Positions 35,035 through 46,489 of a stretch of DNA of 64,000 nucleotides are shown here, one piece after another. This DNA comes from Zootoca vivipara (taxonomy: Eukaryota): contig NC_083288.1 of assembly GCF_963506605.1 (NCBI RefSeq), positions 29,450,001 to 29,514,000 on the forward strand. Reading direction: 5' to 3'. The notes beneath the pieces are model-generated. The model searched no databases and was not told the DNA's origin. It saw nothing but the letters and a program-made list of their open reading frames with translations. Numbering within the stretch: position 1 is the first letter of the stretch; every line of letters begins with the position of its first letter. The position numbers and the translations under genes were made by a program.

Positions 35035-36300
35035 AATCCGTTTGCTTAATGATCTGCTATAGAATCTTTCCTGGTATTGATGTCAAGCTGACTGGGCGGT
35101 AATTGTTTGGGTCTTCTCTTTTCCCCTTTTTGAAAATAGGGACAACATTTGCCCCCCTCCAGTCTGCTGGGACTTCACCTGTTCTCCAGGAATCCTCAAA
35201 GATTACTGCCACTGGTTCTGAAATCACCTCTGCCAGTTCTTTTAATACTCTTGGATGTAGTTCATATGGCCCTGGAGACTTGAATACATCTAAGCTAGCC
35301 AAGTATTCTTGTACTACCTCCTTACTTGTTCTGGGCTGTGTTGTTGCTTCTCCCACTTTCTGGACAATGCAATTGTCTGCAAGGCTAGTGAGGAATCTTT
35401 TCGACCTTATGCTCTTGGCTGAGTTTGACATCCAACAAATATCAGGATAGTTGAAATCCCCTATTACTACTATCTCACTTCCTTTTGAATGCTTAGTCAT
35501 CTGTTCCAGGAAGGCATCATCTGTGTCCTCAGTTTTGCTTGGGGATCTATAGTAAACTCCCACAATGAGATCACTGTTATTTTTCTCTCCCTTAATTTTG
35601 ACCCAGATACTCTCATTTTGGCTTTGATGTTTTAAACCCTGGATCTCTTCACAGGTATACACATCCCTGACATATAACGCCACTCCCCCTCCTTTCCTGT
35701 TTGGTCTATTTATCTGAAATAGATTGTATCCCTCTATTACTACATTCCAATCATGAGACTCATCCCACCAGGTTTCAGTGATGCCTGTTACTGGTATGTC
35801 GTATTTAGTTTGCTGTACCAAGAGCTCAAGTTCATCTTGTTTATTTCCCATGCTCCGTGCATTAGTATGCAGACATTGAAGACCATTGATCATCCCCCCA
35901 TGTCTCTTATTTGAGGATGTTTTCCTCCCACCACTAGGTCTGTGTGCTGTTTGCTCCATTTGGTCCTTGACATTTGGATGATCATCTACAGCACTTGATA
36001 GACTCCTAGCTTCAGGACCACTGTCTGCCTCCCCCACATAAGTCAGTTTAAAGCCCTCCTGATGAGGTTTTTGAGATTAATGGCAAAAACATTCCTCCCA
36101 ACCCTTGTGAGGTGCAGCCCATCACTTGCCAGAAGTCCGTCTTCAAGAAACTGCAGACCGTGATCAGGGAATCCAAACCATTCCTGCTTGCACCATTTGT
36201 GAAGCCAGTTGTTCACTTCCCCTATTCCCCCCTCTCTCCCTGGACGACATCATTCAACTGGGAGGACAGATGAGATGACAATTTGTGCATTCAATTGCTT
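35035..36300 (-). mobile_element. CR1 fragment: ORF1 3' end (SGNH esterase) + ORF2 5' part with an internal in-frame deletion
   Basis: ORF 35057-36037: TNARSMGNKQDEL, GITETWW, GDFNYP, then a jump GEAT|TQPR; upstream DGLLASDGLHLTRVG. Confidence 0.92.
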
Positions 36301-36324
36301 CAAAAATTAATTTTTTGCATTTAA

Positions 36325-37680
36325 TTGATTCCCTACTGGGTGGGGACAGCGGCAGTGTTGTGTGGATGTGCCAGGTATGCTGTCATCTAGGTACAAAGGT
36401 TCATGATGTGATTGAGAAGTTGCCAGTGACCACTGCCCCTTCTTTCTTAATCATGTGGGTACAAATTATAATTCCAGACACAGCCTTAAATATATAGCAA
36501 GGGATTATGAGACTCTGGGTAGGAAATTGAAGGGCTGGGGGTACAGGTGGTTTTTTCACCACTCCTTCTTGATGAAGGTCATGGCCCAGAAAGAGAGAGG
36601 AAAATACTGGAAGTAAACAACTGGCTGTGCAGGTGGTGTTATCAGGAAAAGGTTGGATTCTCCTTCCTTAAGGAAAGGCATCTGGCAAGAGGTGGGTTGC
36701 ACTTCACAGCAGTTGGCAAGAATGTGTTTGCTAAGAGTTGTATGGACCTGAATACGAGATCTTTAAAATAAATCTGAACAGTAGGGGGACAGCATTACAG
36801 ATGACAGGGGAACAACTGGTACCAGGGATAATAGTTTCAATGATGAACAGGGAACTGAGGCAGTGCTACAGAAACCTGCTAAAAGGCAGTAGACTGCAAA
36901 AAGAAAGCAGCTGGGGAAATGACTCATGGTTTCACTTGTCTCTACGCTAATACACAGAGTATGGAAAACAAGCAAGACAAATTTGAGTTATAAATAAGTT
37001 AAAAGGCCCCCTGACCATTAGGTCCAGTCGCAGACAACTCTGTGTCACTGTAAAGTGTTACAGGCCAAGGGAGCCAGCGTACAGCTTTCAGGTCATGTGG
37101 CCAGCATGACTAAGCTGCTTCTGGTGAACCAGAGTAGTGCACGGAAATGCTATTTACCTTCCCGCCAGAGCGGTACCTATTTATCTACTTGCACTGTGTG
37201 CTTTCAAACTGCTAGATTGGCAGGAGCTGGGACCAAACAATGGGAGCTCATCCCATCACGGGGATTCGAACCACCAACCTTCTGATGGGCAAGCCCTAGG
37301 CTCTGTGGTTTAAGCATTACTGAAATCTGGTAGGATGAGACTCATGACTGGAATGTACGAATTGAGGGATATAACCTATTCAAAAAGAAATATACCAAAC
37401 AGAGAGGGAGGAAGAATAACATTATATGTAAAGGATGTGTACACTCGTGAAGAGATCCATGATTTGGAGCAGGGAAGGCAGCTTGAGATTATATCAGAAC
37501 AAATTGTAGGAGAGAGAAACAGCAGTGACCTTATTGTGGGTGTCTTCTATAGACCTCCAAGAGAGACAGAGGACTTGGATGGTGATTTCTACAGCAAATT
37601 ATCAAACATTCAAAAAGCAGAGATACTGGGGGCCTGGGGAGGAAGTGATCATGTCTCCTTGGGTTTCACAAGAGGACTTC
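36325..37680 (+). mobile_element. Older degraded CR1 (ORF1 esterase to ORF2 endonuclease), interrupted by a SINE
   Basis: ILEVNNWLCRWC, GGLHFTAVGKNVFA, DLIVGVFYRPP, GGSDH. Confidence 0.85.
36995..37313 (-). mobile_element. Sauria SINE
   Basis: Reverse complement of the 41309-41672 element. Confidence 0.9.
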
Positions 37681-38394
37681 AAAAAGACTGATTGAACTGA
37701 GAACAGCCATCCACCTTCATAAAACACATCAAGGTGGATATATACACATCCCCAGAACTTCATGTTTGGCAGGAGGACCCTTCAAAGTATGATGTCCTAG
37801 GTTTGCGTGTCACCCACGAATGGAGTGGTGTCACTGAATGGGTACATCCCTTGCCTGTATACTACTCCATGGTGTCTTTCTGGTAAGTAAGGAGTGGAGC
37901 ATACAACCCCACCATGCAGAGGAACCTTGGTCTGAGTGGAAAGGACCCCCTCCTCTTAGGCAGTATTTTTTTTTTTTTATGCACAGCTACTTAGATAGAG
38001 TAGAGAGAGCCTCCCATGGCAACCCTCTTACTTAGATTGTACTGTTCCAATCACACCAATTGCTACTGTTCTGCTCTTTTGTTCAAATTAGGTGGTCAGC
38101 CTCAAACGTTAGTTGAAAGTTCCCTACCCTTCTGGCTGGCTACCACTAATTTGTACAAAACGTGATTTGACACAGCTTCCTGGTTGAATTATGTCTTACC
38201 TGTATGCTCTACTCTCCACTTACCAGAAAGTCACTGTAAAGTCATTGTAAGGCATTTCCCCCATTTTCTCACTAGCTAGATATTTCCTGCAAATTAGAGT
38301 AACCTAAATATATCTTACAAAGCAAAGTGTAAGGGTCAAAGCTTCCAAACAAGTAAGAAATAAGTTGGTTTTTAAAAAAGGAAATATGGGCTCT

Positions 38395-38706
38395 TTTGCC
38401 ACTTTTGATGAATCAGAAAAAAGTTTGAAAGTTAATGAACTGTAAATCTCCAAGGTACAATTCCACATTGCAACTTATGGATCACATTAGTGATTCACAA
38501 CTTCATGAACACTATGGGGAGCAGAGATTAATCACTCTCCTTTTCACAGTACAGTACCTGCTTCTGTACATAAATTGTAATATCAAAGCGCTGGAGTTTC
38601 TCGGCGCGAGAAATCTCCCTGTCCAGCTGACATGGTGATCAACCGGAAGTCCAGGCATACAACCACCTTCATATTCTAAGAGGAATAACTTCAAGTTGAG
38701 GTGAGT
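38395..38706 (+). promoter_or_regulatory. Candidate promoter/5' non-coding exon of OR 43498
   Basis: Conserved with 48395-48633 (tgtaaatctccaaggtacaa, gtgattcacaactt); donor GAG|GTGAGT at 38701. Confidence 0.5.
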
Positions 38707-39094
38707 ATTTTCATGAATTATATTCAGTACAAAATATGGATCTAATCAAAATGCTGAGAGTAGCGCCCTTTAAAAGAATGGGACTTAAGTTATTCACCAT
38801 AACTAATGGGTGTCCCATCAATTACAAGCATGACTAAGTCTGGATACAAAAACATGAGCTCAAGATTCTACTTCTAACAATGGTGTGACTTGCCAGACAG
38901 GATAGTATCCAACACTATTATGATAATGCATTTTTAAGTTTTTGCCACTTTGCTTTTTTCAATAAAAAGTAATAATGTACAAATTGTTTGCATCTGCCTT
39001 TTTTAAAAAATGGCAGGAGCTCTTAATTGTATCTGTACCATTAATCAAAGTAACATTACAAAGAGAATGTATGATATACAAGATGTATGTTACT

Positions 39095-40210
39095 TGTAAG
39101 AGTAAATGGGTACTGGATGGTCACAAACTAGAGCAGACCAAATACTTCCAGTACCTAGGGCTTCTATTCCATCATTCTGAGTCCTGGAAACACCATTGGC
39201 AGACTGCCTATCAAAAGGTGGAGGTAAGCAAACTGGCTATACTTTGATTCTTCTATACAAGGGGAGACCATTATGTTCCCCCCCAAAAAAATCGCAAAAT
39301 CTGTCTCTCAACTCCTCTATGCCTCAAACGTCTGGTTCAATGGCTCATTCCCCATGTTTGATGGGTTCCAGGCAAAGTTCCTCCGATCCCTTTTACAGGT
39401 TCCAAATTGTGTTCCAAATGCAATTTTATTTTTAGAAACAGGTGAATGCCCTCTCTCAACAAAAGCATGGTTGGCTGCCCTGAGATACTTTGGCCTAGGG
39501 AAGGGGTTACTGTACTTAAACAATGAGGAGTTTACGAGCTCATGAATGAAAACTATGGTCAGAAAAGCCACTTCAATTGGACTGCCACCTTCTCTCTTGT
39601 ACCATCTGGGATATGATACCACCCTTGAATCTCTGAGGCAAAGGCTCTGGGACATATCACATAGTGATCTCCGATCTCAATCTCATGTTTTCTGTGGCCC
39701 GAAAGCTGTAGGAATTCATTACGGTACTATTTTCAGATACTTGCATATCTTAGAAATCTGTCTGTACCAACTTATTGGTGTCTTTTTACCAAAGCCAAAT
39801 TAAATGTATTTCTATCAGAAGTGCTAATGAAAGACTGAGAGGGATCACTTATCAGAATAGGCTCTGTCTACGCTCTCAGGACGTTGGTTGTATGAGGCAT
39901 ATCCTACTGCATTGCGGACAATATGAGCAAGCTAGGGATCTATTGATTAAACCCCTACTGGCAAATTGGCTGGGTGAATCCGAAGCCTGCTATACTAAAT
40001 ATCTTCTGGACGACAAGTCTAATGATATCACAGTGGCTGTGGCAAAGTTTCTTTCGGTAGTCATACTTATTACTTACTAAAGATAATCATACTCAAGACT
40101 AAAGAAATATCGTCTCGGTCTTCCTCTCCAGGGGGGGTTGTCTGTATGAATCTGTATTTTATTCTGAATCTATGTTACGGATATTTGGACTGTAATAAAG
40201 ATTTATTATG
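39095..40210 (+). mobile_element. Degraded RTE-X-like LINE 3' part
   Basis: FQYLGLLF, VPNCVPNAIL.LETG, RLC...HILLHC..Y, aataaa tail; same clade as 5236-8605. Confidence 0.8.
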
Positions 40211-40369
40211 TTCCTTGTAAAAGAATAAACATCCAAGAAATTTGCTGAATCATGCATCCGCGTTAGGCATAAATAGAGATTTCCACTGTGACATTTACGG
40301 TAAAACAGTAAAACGATGGCAGTTGCAGTTCAGAAATTTCTAGAGGGGCACAGGTCTCCACCCCCCTTT

Positions 40370-40915
40370 TTAAGATTTTTTATTTATTTAGAATTTTCAT
40401 AATACAACAGAAAAAAGAAATAAAGAAATAAAAGTAAATATACTACCAAAACAACATTTGATGATAAATATACAAATAATAATACAACAAAATACAAAGA
40501 AAAAAACTACCAAACAAATCAAGATAAATAGTTCCCTCTCACCCTTCACCCTACACCCCCCCCCCCCCGTGTGACTTCCAGCCTATTCTCTATTTCAACA
40601 TTGGTTTCCCAAAAGAATTTTTGTATACATTTTTGGATATTTTATATCGTGATTATTTATATTACTTGAACTGTTCACCTGTCTGTTAAGAGGCTGGTGT
40701 TTTCCACAAATTTCTTCTTATAATCATTGAATTTCCCCCAATCTTTATCGACTTTCTGTTTAGATATCCTTTTGATTTCTCCTATTTTCCTTGCCATATT
40801 TTGATATCTTATTAATTTGATTTGCCAATCCTCTATCGTTGGAATTTGTGTACACTTTTCCATCTCTTTGCTATGAGAAGTCTAGCAGATGTGGTTGCAT
40901 ACATGATTAAACACT
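40370..40915 (-). mobile_element. L1 3' end
   Basis: MYATTSARLLIA...IPTIEDWQIKL; poly-T end near 40376. Confidence 0.8.
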
Positions 40916-41308
40916 TATAAGTGGGATAAGGTTTCCACCCATGATGTAGAGCACAATCCTTTGCAGGTTGACTCCTTCATAAGCCTGTGTCTTCAATTCT
41001 GCTTACTACCAGATAAATCTACAACCCTATAAATGCTTACTTGGGAGGGACTTGTTTATATGTAAACATTTTGATATTTGAACTGTTAGTAAATTTTGAA
41101 TGAACTCACTATGGATGAAATAAGAAGGAAAATTAATTTATTCATAAGATAAAATTGGTTAGAATGGTATTTAGTGGTATAGTGCTGGATTCATTAAAAA
41201 TGATGCAAAGTGTCTCAAACCAAAGATGTTGACTGCCTATTAAATAGAAGTATCCTTGTTGCTTTCTAAGTGAAGTTGGATTTACTTGATTTTGCTGCAA
41301 AGTACTGA

Positions 41309-41672
41309 GGGACGCATGTGGTGCTGTGGTCTAAACCACAGAGCCTAGGGCTTGCCGATCAGAAGGTCGGTGGTTTGAATCCCCACGATGCGGTGAGCTC
41401 CCGTTGTTCAGTCCCAGCTCCTGCCAACCTAGCAGTTCGAAAGTATGCCAAAAAGTGCAAGTAGATAAACAGGTACTGCTCCGGCAGGAAGGTAAACGGT
41501 GTTTTCGTGCACTGCTTTGGTTTCACCAGAAGCGGCTTAGTCATGCTGGCCACATGACCTGGAAAAACTGCCTGCGGACAAACACCGGCTCCCTGTAAAG
41601 CGAGATGAGCGCCGCAACCTCAGAGTCATCTGCGACTGGACCTAATGGTCAGGGGTACCTTTACATTTACCT
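41309..41672 (+). mobile_element. Sauria SINE, near full length
   Basis: tRNA-like head GGGACGC..GTGG.GCTGTGG / GGTTTGAATCCC, ACCTTTAC-type tail. Confidence 0.93.
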
Positions 41673-41684
41673 ATCTAATAATGT

Positions 41685-41737
41685 CACGAAGGGTCACGAA
41701 GAGTTGGACACGACTAAACGACTAAACAACAACAACA
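41685..41737 (+). mobile_element. BovB (RTE) extreme 3' end
   Basis: gggtcacgaagagttggacacgactaaacgactaaac(aac)n; 13-bp TSD TATCTAATAATGT. Confidence 0.88.
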
Positions 41738-41931
41738 TATCTAATAATGTAACATGAAAGGACATGATTTTGGAAAGGATGGAATAAGGTATGATGTACC
41801 AAAGGCTCGGCTGAGGAAGCTCTGACTCTCTGTGGTTGTGAGAGAAGTGCCTTAACTCCGTTCTCAGCATCCCTCAATACAGTTCAATTAGGACTGTACA
41901 GAAGGGGAATTCGTCTCTTCTTTAGCTACTA

Positions 41932-42173
41932 CAGTGGTACCTCTGGTTAAGAACTTAATTCATTCCGGAGGTCCGTTCTTAACCTGAAACTGTTCTTAAC
42001 CAGAAACACCACTTTAGCTAATGGGGCCTCCTGCTGCTGCCGCGCCGCAGGAGCACGATTTCTGTTCTCATCCTGAAGCAAAGTTCTTAACCTGAGGTAC
42101 TATTTCTGGGTTAGCGGAGTTTGTAACCTGAAGCGTTTGTAACCTGAAGCATTTGTAACCCGAGGTACCACTG
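41932..42173. mobile_element. Tc1/mariner MITE (CAGTGGTACC family)
   Basis: TA TSD and TIRs; close relative at 57787-58028. Confidence 0.93.
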
Positions 42174-42778
42174 TATTGAAAGCTGTACACTGCCAGAGAA
42201 GGAATGTGCCTTCCCTCTGCAAAAAATACCATGTTTCCAATTTCTTGGTGTAGCAGGGGCTTCCCTATTTGCACAGCCAGCATAGTATGTGGACCACAGC
42301 CTTAGGGAGCAATCCTACACACAAGAAGGTGGCATGATGAAAGTCTCACGTAAATTAGGCTTGCATAAAATATACCAGATCCATACTCCATTCAGGTGTA
42401 GGGCTAGGGCTGTCAGAGATGTCCTGTCTGGCAGAGTGAAAACAAGCTTTCAAAACAGTACTGTATTTAAAATAGTGTTTGAAATAGATGTTTTTCCTGA
42501 TTTAACTCACACTGGGTTGGCAAGCCATGTAAAGAAGTGAACAGGTTTATGATCCATACTGAGCCGCCTTCTCAGATTTATTCTCTAGGAGCTGAGGGTG
42601 AGGCATTTTGGCTGTATCATGTGCATTTTGGCTGTATCATGAATCGCATGGCTCAGCCACCGAACCAGACTCATCCCAGTGGATCTTGCTATAGGATTAC
42701 TCCCTTTGAGAAAAGGGAAAATTCTGTCTCTCCTTGTCCAGCAGGCTTAATTGCTTTTCATTTTCGTGAATACATATA

Positions 42779-43019
42779 CAATGGTTCCTTGGTTTAAGAA
42801 CAGCCCTGTTTACGAACTATTTGGTTTAAGAACTCCGCAAAACCAGAGGTAGTGTCCCGGTTTGCGAACTTTACCTTGGTCTAAGAACGGAAGTCGAACA
42901 GTGGAAGGGCACTGGCAGCGGGAAGCCTCATTAGGGAAAGCGCGCCTCGGTTTAAGAATGGCTTTGGTTTAAGAACGGACTTCCGGAACGGATAAAGTTC
43001 ATAAACCGAGGTACCACTG
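42779..43019. mobile_element. Tc1/mariner MITE (CAGTGGTACC family)
   Basis: TA TSD, degenerate left TIR CAATGGTTCCTTGG, right CCGAGGTACCACTG. Confidence 0.88.
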
Positions 43020-43497
43020 TAGTTGGAATAAAACTATTCCAGATGAAATTACTATTTAGTTACTTAATTATTTGTAGGGGCATTTATATTTTACTGCAGG
43101 GAGGGAAGCCTGTGAACCTCTACATGACGCTGTACACCAAATCCCATAATCTCTGACCATTGCCCATGAATGCTGGGGTTGCTGAGAACTGACATTATAA
43201 AGCAGATAGAGGGTATGAGGTTCCCTGCAGCTGTTATGATATATTATTGAATGATAGCATTCATGAATGGCTTCTCTTCAAGTAGCTATTTCCCCCCTGA
43301 TGATAACTTGCTTTTGGAGTTTTCAATGTCAGCTATTTCCCCTAAAATTCTTAAATTGTAATAGATATTTCTAAGAGCAAGACATATCACTTAATGGAAT
43401 TCAACATACATAATCATGAAAAAATGCTTCCCCTTTGCAGAATCACCACCTTAAACAAGCTTACTGTTCACTCCACAGAATATTGGAAAGAAATTAA

Positions 43498-44433
43498 ATG
43501 ACCAACCAAACTACTGCAACAGAGTTCCTTCTGATGGCATTTTCGGATGATCGTGATGCACAGATTTTGCATTCCGTGATGTTTCTCTTCATTTACTTAA
43601 CAACCTTAGTGGGGAATATTCTCATCATGACTACTGTGGCCCTAGACCACCACCTACACAGGCCCATGTATTTCTTTTTGACTAACTTGTCATTTTTAGA
43701 TGTTTGCTACATCTCCACTACTGTGCCCAAATCCATAGCCATTTCACTGACAAACAACAAACTGATTTCTTTTGCTGGATGTGTCACACAGGTCTTCTTA
43801 GTGATCACATTTGTTGGTGCTGAGATTACCTTGCTCACTGTCATGACTTATGACCGTTATGTAGCAATCTGCTACCCACTCCAGTATAGGCTAATCATGA
43901 ACTGGGAGGCCTGTATTCAAATGGCAGCTGCTTCCTGGATAAGCAGCATGGTTCATGCATTTCTGGAAACAACTGTCACCTTCAAATTAAGCTTCTGCCG
44001 CTCCAATATTATTGGGCAGTTTTTCTGTGACATGCCTCAGTTACAAAAGATTTCTTGCAGCGATACTAAAGTTTGTGAAGTTTTGTCCTTTGTCCTTGGG
44101 CTCAGTGTGTCCTCCTTTTGTATTGTGTTCATCTTTGCTTCTTATGGCTTCATCTTCTCAGTTGTACTGAGGACTCCATCTGCCCAAAGCAGATGTAAAG
44201 CTTTATCTACCTGCACTCCACACCTGGCTGTTTTTTCTTTATTTCTCATCACAGCTGTGTTTTCCTACCTGAGACCTAAATCACTTTCCTCTCCCACTGT
44301 GGACCTGGTTTCTGCTATATTGTATACGGTGTTGCCACCGGTTCTGAATCCCATCATTTACATCCTCAGGAACAAGGACATACAGAAAGCAGTGTGGCTA
44401 ATACCTTCAAAATTAAAAAGCTTCATTGCATAA
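43498..44433 (+). CDS. Olfactory receptor, family-14-like (311 aa), open ORF with some motif deviations
   Basis: LHRPMYFFL, MTYDRYVAIC, KALSTC, PVLNPIIYILRN. Confidence 0.96.
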   Translation: MTNQTTATEFLLMAFSDDRDAQILHSVMFLFIYLTTLVGNILIMTTVALDHHLHRPMYFFLTNLSFLDVCYISTTVPKSIAISLTNNKLISFAGCVTQVFLVITFVGAEITLLTVMTYDRYVAICYPLQYRLIMNWEACIQMAAASWISSMVHAFLETTVTFKLSFCRSNIIGQFFCDMPQLQKISCSDTKVCEVLSFVLGLSVSSFCIVFIFASYGFIFSVVLRTPSAQSRCKALSTCTPHLAVFSLFLITAVFSYLRPKSLSSPTVDLVSAILYTVLPPVLNPIIYILRNKDIQKAVWLIPSKLKSFIA

Positions 44434-44476
44434 TTTAATACACCAACATTCTTGAAACAAAATAATAATAAAAATC

Positions 44477-44596
44477 CCTTCTAGTAGCACCTTAGAGACC
44501 AACTAAGTTTGTCATTGGTATGAGCTTTCATGTGCATGCACACGAAAGCTCATACCAATGACAAACTTAGTTGGTCTCTAAGGTACTACTGGAAGG
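44477..44596. repeat. 120-bp Penelope-derived palindrome
   Basis: Two inverted Penelope ends centred on TGTGCATGCACA (44531-44542), 3 mismatches. Confidence 0.92.
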
Positions 44597-44783
44597 ATAC
44601 AGCTACCTACCTGTAACCAGCATTCTTGTAAACATTATGTCTAGAAGGACTGACTAAGTGACTGAGTTTGATATTTTGGGGGGAAACCTTATACTGAGCA
44701 AGCCCAGTGTAAGCTATTCTGGTGTAAACCATATTAGATGCTCCATTCAGAATCTGTGCTACTGTTGCATTAATGGCTTAAGA

Positions 44784-46489
44784 CAGGGGTTCCCAACAAA
44801 ATTTTCTCGAGGACCCCTCATCGAGCCGCTATTGTGACAAGGACCCCCATTAATTCCTAATCCTAAAATTAAAAAGTGAGAGCCAAATTTATAGTCTTTT
44901 TATACGTTTTTTACAGTTACAACAGAGTACTCCATCAGTATACAGTTAGTTTTAATTTTCAGTTCTTAATGAGATGAGTTAAATCTGTCCTTTGAGTTCA
45001 TTATTTCTGAAATATTAGGTTCCAAACTTGAAACTTTCACTCTGAAATCTGACTGCAAATCTCTACCTGCCTACTAGTCAGCAGAAAATAACTTTTGGCT
45101 CCATTAGCACCTTTTTATTAAACAATTTTGGCTGAGTGAAACATATCCAGCGCCGTGGTGTGAAGATCCCTCCGGCGAGCTCCCCCCCCAAAAAAAATTC
45201 CCAAGAATTGACAACCTTTTTTAGGCAGGGGACCCCCAAAGTTGTTGACCATTTTTAGGAAAGGTTCCCCAGAAAAGAAGCTGACAAGAAGCAGCGGGTG
45301 GAAATTAGCAAATGCTAAGGAAAGAAGGGGTGAAAGAGGGAGGGAGGGAGGGAGGGAGGGAGGGAGGGAGGAAGGAAGGAAGGAAGGAAGGAGTCAGAGA
45401 AAGAAAGAGAGGGAGGGAGGGAGAGCCGTGCACAGCGCCCAAGCGGCTCTTGCTTTTCTTGCTGGTACAGCGAGCTGGGAGAAGGGACGGACTGACAGGA
45501 GCTCCCGTCCACCACCACCCCTCCCAGCTCGCAGCAAAGCAAGCGGAGCAGGCTTGGTAACTGGCAGCGGGGGGGGGGGGGGGATGGGGCATCCCAAAAG
45601 TGCTCCTCCTGCCTTCCGTGCCTGCGTTCCAACGGAAGGCAGGCAGGGAAGGCAGGCGGCTCAGCCCGGGAGAGGCTGTTGCTTTTGCAAGCAGAGCTAC
45701 AGCCTCTTCGGGGCTAGAGCGCCTGCGCTCCGTGGGCTCCTCTAAAGCAATTACTTCGCTTGCTTTAAGGAGAGCCAACAGAAGGCAGGCAGGCGGCTCA
45801 GCCCGGGAGAGGCTGTTGCTTTTGCAAGCAAGGTGACAGCCTCTTCGGGGCTAGAGCGCCTGCATTCCATGGGCTTCTCCCACCCAGTCACCCCTCTGTG
45901 CAAAGGGGGCTGATTTGTAAGGCGCCCGCACTGCTCCCTCACTGACAGAGGGGGTAAGACCACCACCCCAAAAAACAGTGGCCCCCTCTCTCTCTGGGGG
46001 TGGGGGAGGGCGGTGGTATGGGGTGGGGGAGGGGAAGGCGCAGCTGCCGAGGTGAAGAGGTGACCTCGCACCCGCTTCAAAGCCTCCCACCGGGTCCTGA
46101 ATTGAGGGAGCAGGGGCACCCAGCAGCGAGTCCGCCGCCCTCCGCCGACTCGGGAGTCTCATTGGGTCTCCTCGGAGGAGGCGGAGCCACGCCAAAAACT
46201 CCACAGAACAGTGTCTGGAGCTGCTGGCCACAGGCAGGGAGAGGGCGGGAAGGAGGCAAGCGAGCTCTGGGGCTTTCGGCGTGGCGCCTCCTCCTCTGAG
46301 GAGACCCAAGGAGACTCCCGAGTCGGCGGAGCGGATTGCTAGGGGCGCCACGCCGCGGCAGCAGTGCGTGGTGTTCCCGCTGCGCGCGCGCCGCTCAGTA
46401 CGCGCATCTTGGGGAGGTGATCTTGCGGACCCCTCTGGCATAGCTCGCGGACCCCTGGGGGTCCGCGGACCACTTGTTGGGAACCACTG
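44784..46489. mobile_element. 1.7-kb non-autonomous hAT transposon
   Basis: TIR CAGGGGTTCCCAACAA / TTGTTGGGAACCACTG, perfect 8-bp TSD GCTTAAGA; no transposase ORF; internal (GGGA)n(GGAA)n, direct and inverted repeats. Confidence 0.93.

Noticed and set aside
41309-41400. tRNA-like A/B boxes
   Set aside because: Head of a Sauria SINE, not a tRNA gene
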